DNA of 45,593 nucleotides, from NCBI GenBank assembly GCA_002313355.1, contig DCBD01000129.1, positions 1 to 45,593 on the forward strand, in the 5' to 3' direction. The stretch comes from Opitutia bacterium UBA1116. Lineage in GTDB: Bacteria > Verrucomicrobiota > Verrucomicrobiia > Opitutales > UBA1977. The position numbers were made by a program, and so were the translations under genes. Below are positions 36,363-45,593 of this stretch, piece after piece (positions within the stretch are counted from its first letter, which is position 1; each line of letters opens with the position of its first letter). The notes below the pieces were generated by a model that was given only the letters and a program-made list of their open reading frames with translations, was not told the DNA's origin and ran no database searches.

Positions 36363-39284
36363 ATGGAGCAGGTATATCTCTATCAAGCCAATACATGGAA
36401 AGAAGCCTGGCATGAAGTCGTTTTTCCTCAGCTTAAAAAGGCAGAGTTCAACTCCCCGGGAATCGTTGCCGTTGTTTTTCCTTATGGGGTTTGGTCGGCA
36501 TACTTTAAGGCATGTTTGCTAGATGCAGGGCACCATCTCTTGGGTGTTCATATGTGGACGCCAGGTCAACTGCGCCGGTTTTTGACTAGGCGTCTTATTT
36601 CGGAAACTTCTTCATTGAATGATGCATCTTTGGAGCTTGTAGCTTCTGCAGCCTCGGAGGGGCACTCTAATAATCCTCTCGCTAGGTCTATTCAATATTC
36701 TCCAGAAGGTTTTGTTCGCCTTTGCAATAGTTTTCATATCGCAGGCTACCAGCTAAAAGATATACCGCTGAGCGGCATTCAAGACTGCGCGCTTATCTGG
36801 GAGCAGGCGCTCGTTAAAATGAATGCTTGCAGTCTGCAGCAGGGGGATCGCCGCTTACTACAAGCATCTCAGGAGGAATCTACGATCTGTTTAGATCAGA
36901 TCCACTTTTTGGGTTTTTCGGGAAGAGACTGGGGGCTCTATCCTCTTATTCGCTCCGCGATACACAGTGCAAAACATTCATCCATGAGCCTGCCCGTAGA
37001 TCGTGTTGCTTGGCATGATCAGTTATGGGCAGGCACTTGGGAGAACCTTTTTGGGGCTTCAAATTTGCTTGCGAGCGAGCCTCACGACTTTGAGCCCTCG
37101 GTGACTTTATCCTTCGGGGAGTTTTACGCAAAAAGCAGCGATGCGGTAGATGCTTATTTTGCCAGACATGCATTTGATGAGGCTAAAATCATCGTCAAAA
37201 AAGCCCTGGAGTGTCTTAAATCTAGTGAAACGGGGCGAGTAGGCATCGTTGTGCCTTGCAGGGGTGTTTTGGCCCGCGAGCTTGCCTATCTTTTGAATGC
37301 ACAACGGATCAAGCACTACAACGCAGTGGGGTATCATGCTCAACCTGAAGATGCGCGGGCTGTCGCACACAGGTGGGCTAGTTGGCAAAGAGAGGGCACG
37401 TTGTCTGTTTATTTGGATTTTGTTCAAAGCCTTTGTCTTGCAGGGTTCATCGAAGATACGACTTTTATTTCCAAGCTAGAAAAAGCGTTCAAGCAAGGTG
37501 CAGAAAATACATTAACAGAAGATTTTGATTTGGTTTGTGCCTATTTATGTCGTTGTTCGGACACCTTAAACTTAGATATTTTTGAGCTTTTAACGCGTTA
37601 TAAGCGGCTACCTAAAGAAGGTCGATTCCGAGAGTTTTTAGATGTCAATTTGCAGGTTTTTGAGGCCTGGGGCTTAAGGTGTGGCGAAGACGGCTTTTTA
37701 GGAGAAGGTCAGTTGCTCGCGAAAAATTTCGATGAGCGGATTACACGTTTTGCTTATCTTCGGTGGCTTGATGCATGCTTAAGGTCACCTTCTCTGAATA
37801 AAGGAGCTTACGGTGGACATCCATCTTCTAGACTTTACGTATTAAATGCAGAGGAAGCAGACGGTATTCAGTGGGAGCATCTTATTTTAGCAGGAACGCA
37901 AGATCCTTTTTGGCATCAAAAGACTAAAGAAATGGGTACCCTGTTAAAAGGAGACGCTTTGTTTTTGCATAATAAAAAGCATGTGGTCCAGGGCTCACAG
38001 GGTATGGGGCACACATGTATGCGTGGAGACTACTCGCTCATTCTCTCACATCATGACAAATGCGAGGAGACGCGTGCGCGACTATACCGATTACTGGAGA
38101 GCGCAGATATTTCCTTAACTCTTACGGCATCGCTCAGTGGAGACGGAAAACAAGAAAGCCTTGTTTCTCCAAGCCCACAGTTTGCGCCTCTATATGATTT
38201 AGGTGGATGTCCTTTGGGTAATGTATCCAGTGTTAATGACTTGTGTGCAAAAGGGGACCATTATCTCAGTGGGTTTTTAAATGAGCCGCCGATTGACTCA
38301 ACTTTGCAAACAACAATCAGCAAGCCTTATCAGATTAGGCGTGATGTTACACGATCATTTGGCCCTTATGAATATTGTCTTAATCCGGGCAAGCACTTGC
38401 ATGTATCCATTCCTGGGCGGGGCTGGGAAGATGCTATAAAAACACCGTCCAAGGCCTGGTACCGTTATGTCTTGAAAATAGAGCCCGCATGGCGATTTTC
38501 GCATCAAAGTGTTCGTGCTATTGCACGAGGCATTTGGGTGCATGACTGGTTAACGATGCGACCATCTTCAGGCTCTTTTGTTCCGAGGCCTGACGATTCC
38601 CTGTGGATACGTTATGCAGAAGATAAGGCCCAGGCACTTAAGCAAACATTTCATTCTGTAATGAATGCCATCGACAGGCCTCTTCCTGATTGGTGGCTTT
38701 TTGATTGGGAGCATGCGCGCGCTTTGGCCACAAGGTTTATTACTGCTTTGAGCAAGGCAAAAAATTATACATTGATTGCCCAGGAGGCATCTTTACCCAA
38801 TGATTGCGTATTAACTTTCGGCAATAGCCATGTGCCTATTCATGGACGAATGGATTTGGTGTTGGGGGTGGAATCTGCAAGTTCCGGTCCGTTTTCTAAC
38901 AGCAGTGCATTGCAGGTGATTGATTTTAAAACAGGCTCTCAAAAGCCACTCACGAAAAAAAACCTGCTTCAAGGTGAAGGGCTACAGATTGCTATGTATG
39001 CTATGGGGCTGCAGTCGCTGGGGACAAACAATATCGAAGCATCTATTGTTTCCATTAATGGCAATGGGCGACTGCCTCAGCTTAATGTGGGTGATATAGC
39101 TAGTTTAGTTCCTCTCTGGCGCGCTGTACAACGCGTACACGAGCAAGGTTGTTTTGGTCAGCGCAGCGATGTTAAGGCTCGATTCGAACGCGAGGGACCC
39201 TTTCCCCTAGCAACATTATCCATTCATGAGCGCATACTCGAAAAAAAGTGGCGCGTGACTCACCCTGAATATTTAGAGGCATAA
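36363..39284 (+). CDS. AddB-like PD-(D/E)XK nuclease subunit (inactivated helicase scaffold plus C-terminal RecB-type nuclease)
   Basis: 973 aa. The C-terminal nuclease motifs are HGRMDLVLG and LQVIDFKTGS, followed by LQIAMYAM. I saw no Walker A. It lies immediately upstream of the AddA-like gene, 2 nt between its stop and the GTG start. Confidence 0.72.
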   Translation: MEQVYLYQANTWKEAWHEVVFPQLKKAEFNSPGIVAVVFPYGVWSAYFKACLLDAGHHLLGVHMWTPGQLRRFLTRRLISETSSLNDASLELVASAASEGHSNNPLARSIQYSPEGFVRLCNSFHIAGYQLKDIPLSGIQDCALIWEQALVKMNACSLQQGDRRLLQASQEESTICLDQIHFLGFSGRDWGLYPLIRSAIHSAKHSSMSLPVDRVAWHDQLWAGTWENLFGASNLLASEPHDFEPSVTLSFGEFYAKSSDAVDAYFARHAFDEAKIIVKKALECLKSSETGRVGIVVPCRGVLARELAYLLNAQRIKHYNAVGYHAQPEDARAVAHRWASWQREGTLSVYLDFVQSLCLAGFIEDTTFISKLEKAFKQGAENTLTEDFDLVCAYLCRCSDTLNLDIFELLTRYKRLPKEGRFREFLDVNLQVFEAWGLRCGEDGFLGEGQLLAKNFDERITRFAYLRWLDACLRSPSLNKGAYGGHPSSRLYVLNAEEADGIQWEHLILAGTQDPFWHQKTKEMGTLLKGDALFLHNKKHVVQGSQGMGHTCMRGDYSLILSHHDKCEETRARLYRLLESADISLTLTASLSGDGKQESLVSPSPQFAPLYDLGGCPLGNVSSVNDLCAKGDHYLSGFLNEPPIDSTLQTTISKPYQIRRDVTRSFGPYEYCLNPGKHLHVSIPGRGWEDAIKTPSKAWYRYVLKIEPAWRFSHQSVRAIARGIWVHDWLTMRPSSGSFVPRPDDSLWIRYAEDKAQALKQTFHSVMNAIDRPLPDWWLFDWEHARALATRFITALSKAKNYTLIAQEASLPNDCVLTFGNSHVPIHGRMDLVLGVESASSGPFSNSSALQVIDFKTGSQKPLTKKNLLQGEGLQIAMYAMGLQSLGTNNIEASIVSINGNGRLPQLNVGDIASLVPLWRAVQRVHEQGCFGQRSDVKARFEREGPFPLATLSIHERILEKKWRVTHPEYLEA

Positions 39285-39286
39285 AG

Positions 39287-42200
39287 GTGGATACAGAAGC
39301 ACGCAGTCATTTTATAAAAAATATAGGCCATAACTATAGTGTCATTGCCCCGGCGGGTGTCGGGAAAACGCAGTCCATGGTCGAACGGATAGCGCATTTT
39401 GTTCGCCAAGTACAACCGCATGACCCTGCTTCTGTGCCTCAGCTCGTTGTTGTTACCTACACGCGCAAGGCAGCCTCTGAAATTAAAGAGCGTGTCCATC
39501 GTGAATTGATGGCTGATTCAGGAGGACACATTCAATTTGTGCTCGAGCATGCGTTTTTTGGGACGACTCATAGTTTTTGTTTAAACTTACTTCAAGAGTG
39601 GGGGCATTTAATGGGCCTCCCTACAAAGCTTGAAGCCTTAGAGCCCGGCAAAGAAGAAGCCTTTTTTTCTCAGTTCATTCAACAGACGCCTGATCTAACC
39701 AGCCTTTTGCCTCAATCGATAGGAAAACGTTTTTTCCCATGCATCGATTTTTGGAAGTTGGTATCTAAGGCATCAGCGTTGACTAACGATGCACAAAAAA
39801 CACCTGTCGAGTATAGAGAGTCGCTGCTGCAACTGGATCCTATTTGGAACTACATCCCTGAGACCAAGGCAACCTCACGAAAAATTGAAGCCAGCAAAGC
39901 AGAACTTGCTTCTTGGTTGGATAATTTTAAGGCAAACAAGCCAAGCATAGGGCTTCCTGAGTCTTACACGGGAAGTGACGAAGCATTTCAAGAGCTCTGG
40001 CAAATGACCTTACGGCCTTTTTATAACTGGATTTCTTCCAATGCAGTGGTTTGGCTAAAAAGGGTGCAGCAGGCTTATCTAGATCACAAGCTAAGCCTAG
40101 GCTTCGTTGCTTATGATGATATGATAGCCCTAGGGGCGCGTCTGCTGGAGCATCCATCGTCTAGCACTGCTATCCGGTCCCAGCGCTACCATATCGTTTT
40201 GGATGAAGCTCAGGATGCGAGCCATGCCCAGTTTAAGGTTTTGCTTGGGGTTTTGGGTCTAGACATGGATAATCTTGCTGCATCTAAGGTGCCTCCTCGA
40301 GGCCAGTTTTGCATGGTGGGTGATCCACAGCAGGCTATTTATGGCTCAGGGAAGGATTTGCCCACTTATTTGAAGCTACACAAAAGATTGGATGAGCTAG
40401 GCTGGGCCAAGTCGCTTTATTTTCGAACAACCTATCGTTGCAGCCAAAACATCGTTGCAGCGGTTAACACATTATTTCCTCAAATATTAACAGAGCAGGG
40501 TGGCAGGCAGGCAAAGTTTGAGACCATGCATGCATGCGATCATGCTGTAGCAGGCAAAGTTTCTAAGCTAGTTCTGAACGCTATAGATTCCAGTGGCACC
40601 GTCCAAGAGAAATCGGCCTCAGAGGCACAAGCTCTCGCCGTCTGGCTTAAGGATAAAACACCCGCGTCGCTAGGTGCGCATGCGTGGGATGGCGTTGCTC
40701 TCTTAAGTCCACGCAACGATTGGATTCCTGCGCTGGCCAGCGCCCTTGAAAAGGTGGGCATTCCTTGCCAGACGCACATGCGCAATCAAACCTTGGGGGA
40801 CAATCCGGCTTATGCATGGATCAGTGCTCTTTTGACCCTTATGCACGAGCCTTGGAATAGTTTTGAGCTTGTGGGTGTTCTGCGAGAAATATGGGGTATT
40901 CGTGATGGAGATATGGCCGATTATGTTGCTACTCACTATAAAAATGCTCAAGGCCTACATCCTCTTAACATTATTAAGCCCCCTGCGGAGGAAGCTACAG
41001 CACTAGAGCAGGCACTTGCTTTTTTAGCCAATCTACGCCTAGAAGCACGCAAGCGTTCTTTGTATGACTTTTTCAATTACATGCTTCAGGCAATAGACCT
41101 CCCCAGTCGACTTGCTGGGCTTACTGATTATAGTCTCGATGCACTTTTATTAACATTAAGCGAACTGCGCGCACAAGCCATTCAGGCTGAAGAATCTGGT
41201 GAAGACCTAGCTTCTTTTGCACGATCTCTGGTGAGCCATTTCGATCAATCGTGCGATGATGTAGGGCCCAAAAAAGATCACCTGCAGTTGTTGTCTTGCC
41301 ACAATGCCAAGGGCCTAGAGTGGGATGTAGTGATCGTTCCTTTCATGCATCGTACGATTGCTTTCGCTAATCCATCCTATCCGCATTACTTTGATTTAAA
41401 TTCTCAGGAAGCTCCTTCATTTATTATGAACAGCTCAGTTTGGACCCAGGAACAAAAAGCCTTGCGCGACCAAACGCGCCGTTACGAGCTCGAACGGCTC
41501 CTGTACGTCACATTGACCCGACCCAAACGCCATTTGATCCTGGTTGACGATCGTGCCTTTGAGTTCGACGATCGCAATTCATTGGCGGATTTGCTGCATG
41601 TGCTTCCTGGAAAAACCCATGCTGCCTACTGGGATGCATTGCCTTCGCCTGAGGATTTTGAGGGTGTGGTGTCTAATCCTGTTCCATCCACAATCCCTGA
41701 AAAGGTAACGATTTCGTTTGATTGGGATACTGCAAGAAACCTGGCTAACTCATGCCTGGAGCGCATTACCCCAAGTAGCCTTGCTCAGCATGACTCTATA
41801 GCCAAAGAGTCAACGTCGGCTTCATTGAATAGCCATGCTGGTACGCGCTATGGAGATTTTTGGCATGCGATGATGGAAGACGCACCGTGGGGTGCAGGGC
41901 GCGCAGCTTGCTGTGGTTATTTTAAGACCCAGCTTCATTTGGCACCCAATGTTGATCGTGCAAACAAAGAACTCGATGCTTTCTTAACTACAGAGCTTGC
42001 GGCTTCTTTGATGGACGATGCTTGGCGTGTTCATTGCGAAGTTCCCTTTTTGTGGCGTGCTGATGACACCCAATGCTACGAAGGCTTTATGGACCTTGTT
42101 GCTCACCATGTAAAAACGGGTGAATGGCGAGTGATCGACTGGAAGACGGACACGATCTCACCAGAAACCGCATCCAGTCTGGTTGAACAATACAAGCCCC

Positions 42201-42307
42201 AGCTTAAAATTTACGAACGAGCGCTCGCGAGCATGATGGGCGACGCCCTGTCCGTGGAGGCTATTCTTTATTCAACGACGCTTGGCGAAGCACTGTCTCT
42301 CAGCTGA
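39287..42307 (+). CDS. AddA-like UvrD/Rep-family helicase with C-terminal PD-(D/E)XK nuclease
   Basis: 1006 aa with a GTG start. The SF1 motifs are APAGVGKTQS (I), VVTYTRKAASEI (Ia), IVLDEAQDAS (II), VGDPQQAIYG (III), TYRCSQNIV (IV), CHNAKGLEWDVVIVP and LLYVTLTRPKRHL (VI). The nuclease motifs are GFMDLVAH, RVIDWKTD and QLKIYERAL. Confidence 0.88.
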   Translation: MDTEARSHFIKNIGHNYSVIAPAGVGKTQSMVERIAHFVRQVQPHDPASVPQLVVVTYTRKAASEIKERVHRELMADSGGHIQFVLEHAFFGTTHSFCLNLLQEWGHLMGLPTKLEALEPGKEEAFFSQFIQQTPDLTSLLPQSIGKRFFPCIDFWKLVSKASALTNDAQKTPVEYRESLLQLDPIWNYIPETKATSRKIEASKAELASWLDNFKANKPSIGLPESYTGSDEAFQELWQMTLRPFYNWISSNAVVWLKRVQQAYLDHKLSLGFVAYDDMIALGARLLEHPSSSTAIRSQRYHIVLDEAQDASHAQFKVLLGVLGLDMDNLAASKVPPRGQFCMVGDPQQAIYGSGKDLPTYLKLHKRLDELGWAKSLYFRTTYRCSQNIVAAVNTLFPQILTEQGGRQAKFETMHACDHAVAGKVSKLVLNAIDSSGTVQEKSASEAQALAVWLKDKTPASLGAHAWDGVALLSPRNDWIPALASALEKVGIPCQTHMRNQTLGDNPAYAWISALLTLMHEPWNSFELVGVLREIWGIRDGDMADYVATHYKNAQGLHPLNIIKPPAEEATALEQALAFLANLRLEARKRSLYDFFNYMLQAIDLPSRLAGLTDYSLDALLLTLSELRAQAIQAEESGEDLASFARSLVSHFDQSCDDVGPKKDHLQLLSCHNAKGLEWDVVIVPFMHRTIAFANPSYPHYFDLNSQEAPSFIMNSSVWTQEQKALRDQTRRYELERLLYVTLTRPKRHLILVDDRAFEFDDRNSLADLLHVLPGKTHAAYWDALPSPEDFEGVVSNPVPSTIPEKVTISFDWDTARNLANSCLERITPSSLAQHDSIAKESTSASLNSHAGTRYGDFWHAMMEDAPWGAGRAACCGYFKTQLHLAPNVDRANKELDAFLTTELAASLMDDAWRVHCEVPFLWRADDTQCYEGFMDLVAHHVKTGEWRVIDWKTDTISPETASSLVEQYKPQLKIYERALASMMGDALSVEAILYSTTLGEALSLS

Positions 42308-42969
42308 GGCACCGTTTCGCTTAAGAGCGATGCCTTTTGCCCCCAAAAACCACTGCCAGGCAATGCTTTTATTAGCTCAATCATGCTCTTGGCTTGAGTG
42401 TCATCGCCATTGCGGAGACATAAAATAGCATTTTGGTAGGCAGCTTCAGCGCGTAAGACGTCTGGAGCATTGGCCTCTTTGGCTAGCGCTGTGAGTTCAT
42501 GCATGCCACTGGTTTCATCTCCAAGTTGTATTGCAGACATTGCATGCCCAAGCTGCGCCCGACCACGGAGCGGTTTGTCTTTGAGTGCTTCAGAGGCCTG
42601 CCCATAAGCCTGCATAGCCTTGGAAAATTCGCCATGGGTATAGGCTTTGTCAGCATCCTTAAGAAGAATAATACCTGCCAGTGGACTATTGTCATGGCTT
42701 TCAGCAAACGCATCGAGCGTATCATTTTCTGCAGCCATAAGATACGCATCTTGGATTTTGGCTAAGCTTCTTTTTTTGAAGGTCGTATAGCCAAGAAAGG
42801 CAACGGTTGCCAGTAGGGCTAAAATAACAACACTTTGGATGGGCCCCCGGTAGCGTTTCCAAAAGAGTAAAATCGGGTCTTCAACCGCAGCGTCAAAAGC
42901 AGCATCGTCAAGTTGTACGTTTGCGGTTCTTTGGGTGTTTTTAGAAGATTTTGATGTCTGGTCGTTCAT
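42268..42969 (-). CDS. single-pass membrane protein with TPR-like helical repeat domain (YfgM-like architecture)
   Basis: 233 aa. A short N-terminal cytoplasmic tail is followed by the TM helix VVILALLATVAFLGYTTF. The extracytoplasmic domain is Ala/Leu-rich with helical repeats. Its 3' end overlaps the addA-like 3' end by 40 nt. Confidence 0.6.
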   Translation of the reverse strand: MNDQTSKSSKNTQRTANVQLDDAAFDAAVEDPILLFWKRYRGPIQSVVILALLATVAFLGYTTFKKRSLAKIQDAYLMAAENDTLDAFAESHDNSPLAGIILLKDADKAYTHGEFSKAMQAYGQASEALKDKPLRGRAQLGHAMSAIQLGDETSGMHELTALAKEANAPDVLRAEAAYQNAILCLRNGDDTQAKSMIELIKALPGSGFWGQKASLLSETVPQLRDSASPSVVE

Positions 42970-42995
42970 GGTTTTTCCCTACTTTATGGGTTAGC

Positions 42996-45593
42996 TTATT
43001 CAGCGAGGCAATGCTTTAATTCCTGCAGTGAGCGGACTTTAAGATCACTATTGCGATAGGCTTGGATGCCCTCGAGTGCCGCAAAAGCCCCTGATAGCGT
43101 CGTCGTCATGCAAACTCGGTGATTGATCGCCTCTCTGCGAATGAGGTTTTCGTCAATGTGCGGGGTTAGCCCTGATGGAATGTTAATGGTCATATCGATT
43201 TCATCATTCTTAATCATATCGATGATATTAGGGCGCCCACCTTCGCTTAAGCGGAAGACCTCTTTGACGTCGATCCCGTTCTCTCGCAATTTCTTAGCCG
43301 TCCCCTGAGTTGCACATAGTGAGAATCCAAGGCCGATGAGCTCCCGAGCTAAAAACACCGCTTCTTCCTTATCTTCATCGCGCACTGAGAGGAAGATCGT
43401 TCCTGACTGCGGCAGCGGCGGTTGAACGGCCATTTGCGCCTTGTAGAAGGCGAGCCCTAAGTTTGGGTCAAGCCCCATAACTTCTCCGGTGCTGCGCATT
43501 TCTGGGCTTAGCGCAATAATGGAGCCAGGGAAGCGCCCAAAGGGAAACACCGAAAATTTCGTCGTGTGGCAGGGTGGCAGAATTTCTTCGGTGAAGCCTA
43601 AGCTTTCGAGAGACTCCCCGGCCATCACGCGTGCCGCTATTTTGGCCAAGGGCACACCAATAGCTTTACTAATGAAAGGAATGGTCCGGGAGGCACGTGG
43701 ATTTACTTCAAGCACATATAGGTCGTCATCTTTGATGGCAAATTGCACATTCATGAGCCCGATAACACGGAGTTCTTTAGCCAGGGCATAGGTGGCTTGC
43801 CGCACTTGTTCGAGCATTTCTTGGCTCAAGGTGTGTGGAGGCAGCACCATCGATGCATCACCTGAGTGCACACCGGCAAATTCAATGTGCTCGAGCATGC
43901 CGCCAATCACCGTATGCGTTCCATCGCTGATGCAGTCAACGTCGAGCTCAACGGCATCTTCCAAGAACTTGTCGAGCAATACGGGCTTGCCTGGTGCAAT
44001 TTGAAAAACTTCGCGTACAACACGCTTGAGATCATCGAGTTCGTAAACGATGAACATCCCGCGACCGCCGAGAACAAAGGAGGGCCGCAGCAAGATCGGG
44101 AAGCCAATCTTCAGGGCCATTTCGATCGCTTGTTCGGGGCTCAATGCCGTTGCATTAATGGGCTGTTTGAGGCCAATTTTTTCGAGAATTTCTTTAAAGA
44201 TCTGCCTGTCTTCGGCTGCATGAATGTCTTCGGGAGAGGTGCCAATGACTCGAACGCCATTTTTCTTAAGTGCATCGGCAAGATTGAGAGGCGTTTGCCC
44301 CCCAAATTGCACGATAGCCCCTGTACACTTTTCTTGATGATAAATTTCAAGAACATCCTCGAGGGTGAGCGGTTCAAAAAAGAGACGGTCGGATGTATCA
44401 AAATCTGTAGAGACCGTTTCGGGGTTCGAGTTGACCATCACCGTTTCGTAGCCGGCCTCTTTGAGAGCATAGGCCGCATGTACGCAGCAGTAGTCAAATT
44501 CGATCCCCTGGCCGATGCGGTTAGGGCCCCCACCCAGAATCATAATTTTCTCTTTATCCGAGGGGATGAGTTCATTTTCTAGCCCAAAAGAAGAATAGTA
44601 GTAGGGCGTACTGGCTTCAAATTCCGCAGCGCAGGTATCAACAAGGTGGTAAGTTCGCTGAATGGTGTATTTTTCCCGCAAAAGCCGTATATCTTGCGCG
44701 GAACTATGCGTGCATTCCGCTATTTGAAGATCGGTAAATCCAGCCGTCTTTGCCTCGCGTAACAGGTTTTCATCGAGTCCCTCAAGACCGCGTTCGTGGA
44801 TCAGGGTTTCGAGGTCGACCAGCTCTTTAATTTGGGCGAGGAACCACGGGTCGATATGGGTTAGCTTGTGCACCTCTTCAATGGTGAAATCAGCGAGGAA
44901 CGCATAGCGGACAAAAAAGCTTACTTGCGGAATGGGTTTTGCGAGGCCCTGGGTAATCGTTTGTCTATCTTTAACAGTGCGATCTCCATATTTACCACCA
45001 CCACCGAGCCCATGGGCTTCGACTTCAAGTGAGCGCAGCGCTTTTTGGAAGGACTCTTTAAATGTACGACCGATGGCCATTGCCTCGCCTACAGACTTCA
45101 TCGAGGAGGTCAGTGTCGTGTCCGATCCAGGAAATTTCTCAAAGGCAAAGCGCGGAATTTTCGTGACAACGTAGTCGATGGATGGCTCAAAGCATGCGGG
45201 TGTTTTAAGGGTGATATCGTTGAGGAGCTCATCCAGTGTGTACCCTACAGCGAGCTTTGCGGCAATTTTCGCAATCGGAAAGCCCGTAGCCTTGGAGGCT
45301 AGCGCAGAAGATCTAGAGACGCGTGGGTTCATCTCGATGACAATCATGCGGCCCGTCTCTGGGTTGATGGCAAACTGCACATTGCTGCCCCCCGTCTCGA
45401 CGCCAATTTCACGCATGATGGCAAAGCTTGCATCGCGCATGAGTTGATACTCTTTGTCCGAGAGCGTCATGGCCGGAGCTACGGTGATGGAGTCTCCCGT
45501 GTGTACGCCCATGGGGTCCACATTTTCAATCGTACATATGAGGACGCATTGGTCCTTGCGATCACGCATGACCTCCATTTCAAATTCTTTCCA
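42996..45593 (-). CDS. carB: carbamoyl-phosphate synthase large subunit, C-terminal about 865 aa (5' end outside window)
   Basis: The frame stays open to the window edge, and the minus strand begins [11 protein letters not shown], the conserved CarB block around residue 230. The second ATP-grasp half, the oligomerisation domain and the MGS-like C-terminal domain are all present. The M at 45578 is internal. Confidence 0.97.
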   Translation of the reverse strand, partial: WKEFEMEVMRDRKDQCVLICTIENVDPMGVHTGDSITVAPAMTLSDKEYQLMRDASFAIMREIGVETGGSNVQFAINPETGRMIVIEMNPRVSRSSALASKATGFPIAKIAAKLAVGYTLDELLNDITLKTPACFEPSIDYVVTKIPRFAFEKFPGSDTTLTSSMKSVGEAMAIGRTFKESFQKALRSLEVEAHGLGGGGKYGDRTVKDRQTITQGLAKPIPQVSFFVRYAFLADFTIEEVHKLTHIDPWFLAQIKELVDLETLIHERGLEGLDENLLREAKTAGFTDLQIAECTHSSAQDIRLLREKYTIQRTYHLVDTCAAEFEASTPYYYSSFGLENELIPSDKEKIMILGGGPNRIGQGIEFDYCCVHAAYALKEAGYETVMVNSNPETVSTDFDTSDRLFFEPLTLEDVLEIYHQEKCTGAIVQFGGQTPLNLADALKKNGVRVIGTSPEDIHAAEDRQIFKEILEKIGLKQPINATALSPEQAIEMALKIGFPILLRPSFVLGGRGMFIVYELDDLKRVVREVFQIAPGKPVLLDKFLEDAVELDVDCISDGTHTVIGGMLEHIEFAGVHSGDASMVLPPHTLSQEMLEQVRQATYALAKELRVIGLMNVQFAIKDDDLYVLEVNPRASRTIPFISKAIGVPLAKIAARVMAGESLESLGFTEEILPPCHTTKFSVFPFGRFPGSIIALSPEMRSTGEVMGLDPNLGLAFYKAQMAVQPPLPQSGTIFLSVRDEDKEEAVFLARELIGLGFSLCATQGTAKKLRENGIDVKEVFRLSEGGRPNIIDMIKNDEIDMTINIPSGLTPHIDENLIRREAINHRVCMTTTLSGAFAALEGIQAYRNSDLKVRSLQELKHCLAE

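Noticed and set aside
36363-42307. UvrD-like helicase plus nuclease pair as an anti-phage defence system (Gabija- or Hachiman-like)
   Set aside because: The domain order and motifs are those of housekeeping AddAB: an SF1 helicase with a C-terminal RecB nuclease, plus a large partner with its own RecB nuclease. No ATPase-TOPRIM partner, mobile-element genes or other defence genes are adjacent.
43866-44582. 238-aa plus-strand ORF, along with other plus-strand ORFs at 43489..44004 and 44932..45447
   Set aside because: These lie entirely antisense to the strongly supported carB coding sequence. They are typical shadow ORFs in a relatively G+C-rich gene, and their translations show no recognisable motifs.

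Overview
Dense, mostly housekeeping chromosomal window from a fairly AT-rich bacterium. The gene content (PEP-CTERM protein, GldG/DUF4340-type ABC module, AsmA-like proteins) suggests a PVC/Verrucomicrobia-like diderm, but that is a low-confidence inference. I call 40 protein-coding genes. They are: F1 ATP synthase alpha (5' truncated)/gamma/beta/epsilon; an aldose-epimerase-like gene; an NfeD-NfeD-FloA flotillin operon; RodZ-like and FtsK; manA; grpE-dnaJ-hldC-prmA; a long minus-strand run (nadC, birA, a five-gene ABC/GldG/DUF4340/giant AsmA-like module, accB-accC-asp23-amaP-like); a PEP-CTERM protein; proA; dnaN (no dnaA); pssA; a solitary RelE/ParE-like toxin gene; a tightly packed plus-strand four-gene unit (two membrane proteins plus AddB-like and AddA-like helicase-nuclease); a TPR membrane protein; and carB (5' truncated at the right edge). 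I found no rRNA, tRNA, CRISPR array, transposase or integrase, and no intergenic gap exceeds about 235 bp. The best candidates for undescribed biology are (1) the ABC motor/GldG/DUF4340/900-aa AsmA-like module directly upstream of accBC-asp23, a possible ATP-coupled trans-envelope lipid conduit, and (2) two membrane proteins apparently co-transcribed with an AddAB-type enzyme, next to an antitoxin-less RelE-like gene. Both are hypotheses built from motifs read by eye and from gene order. No database search was possible.
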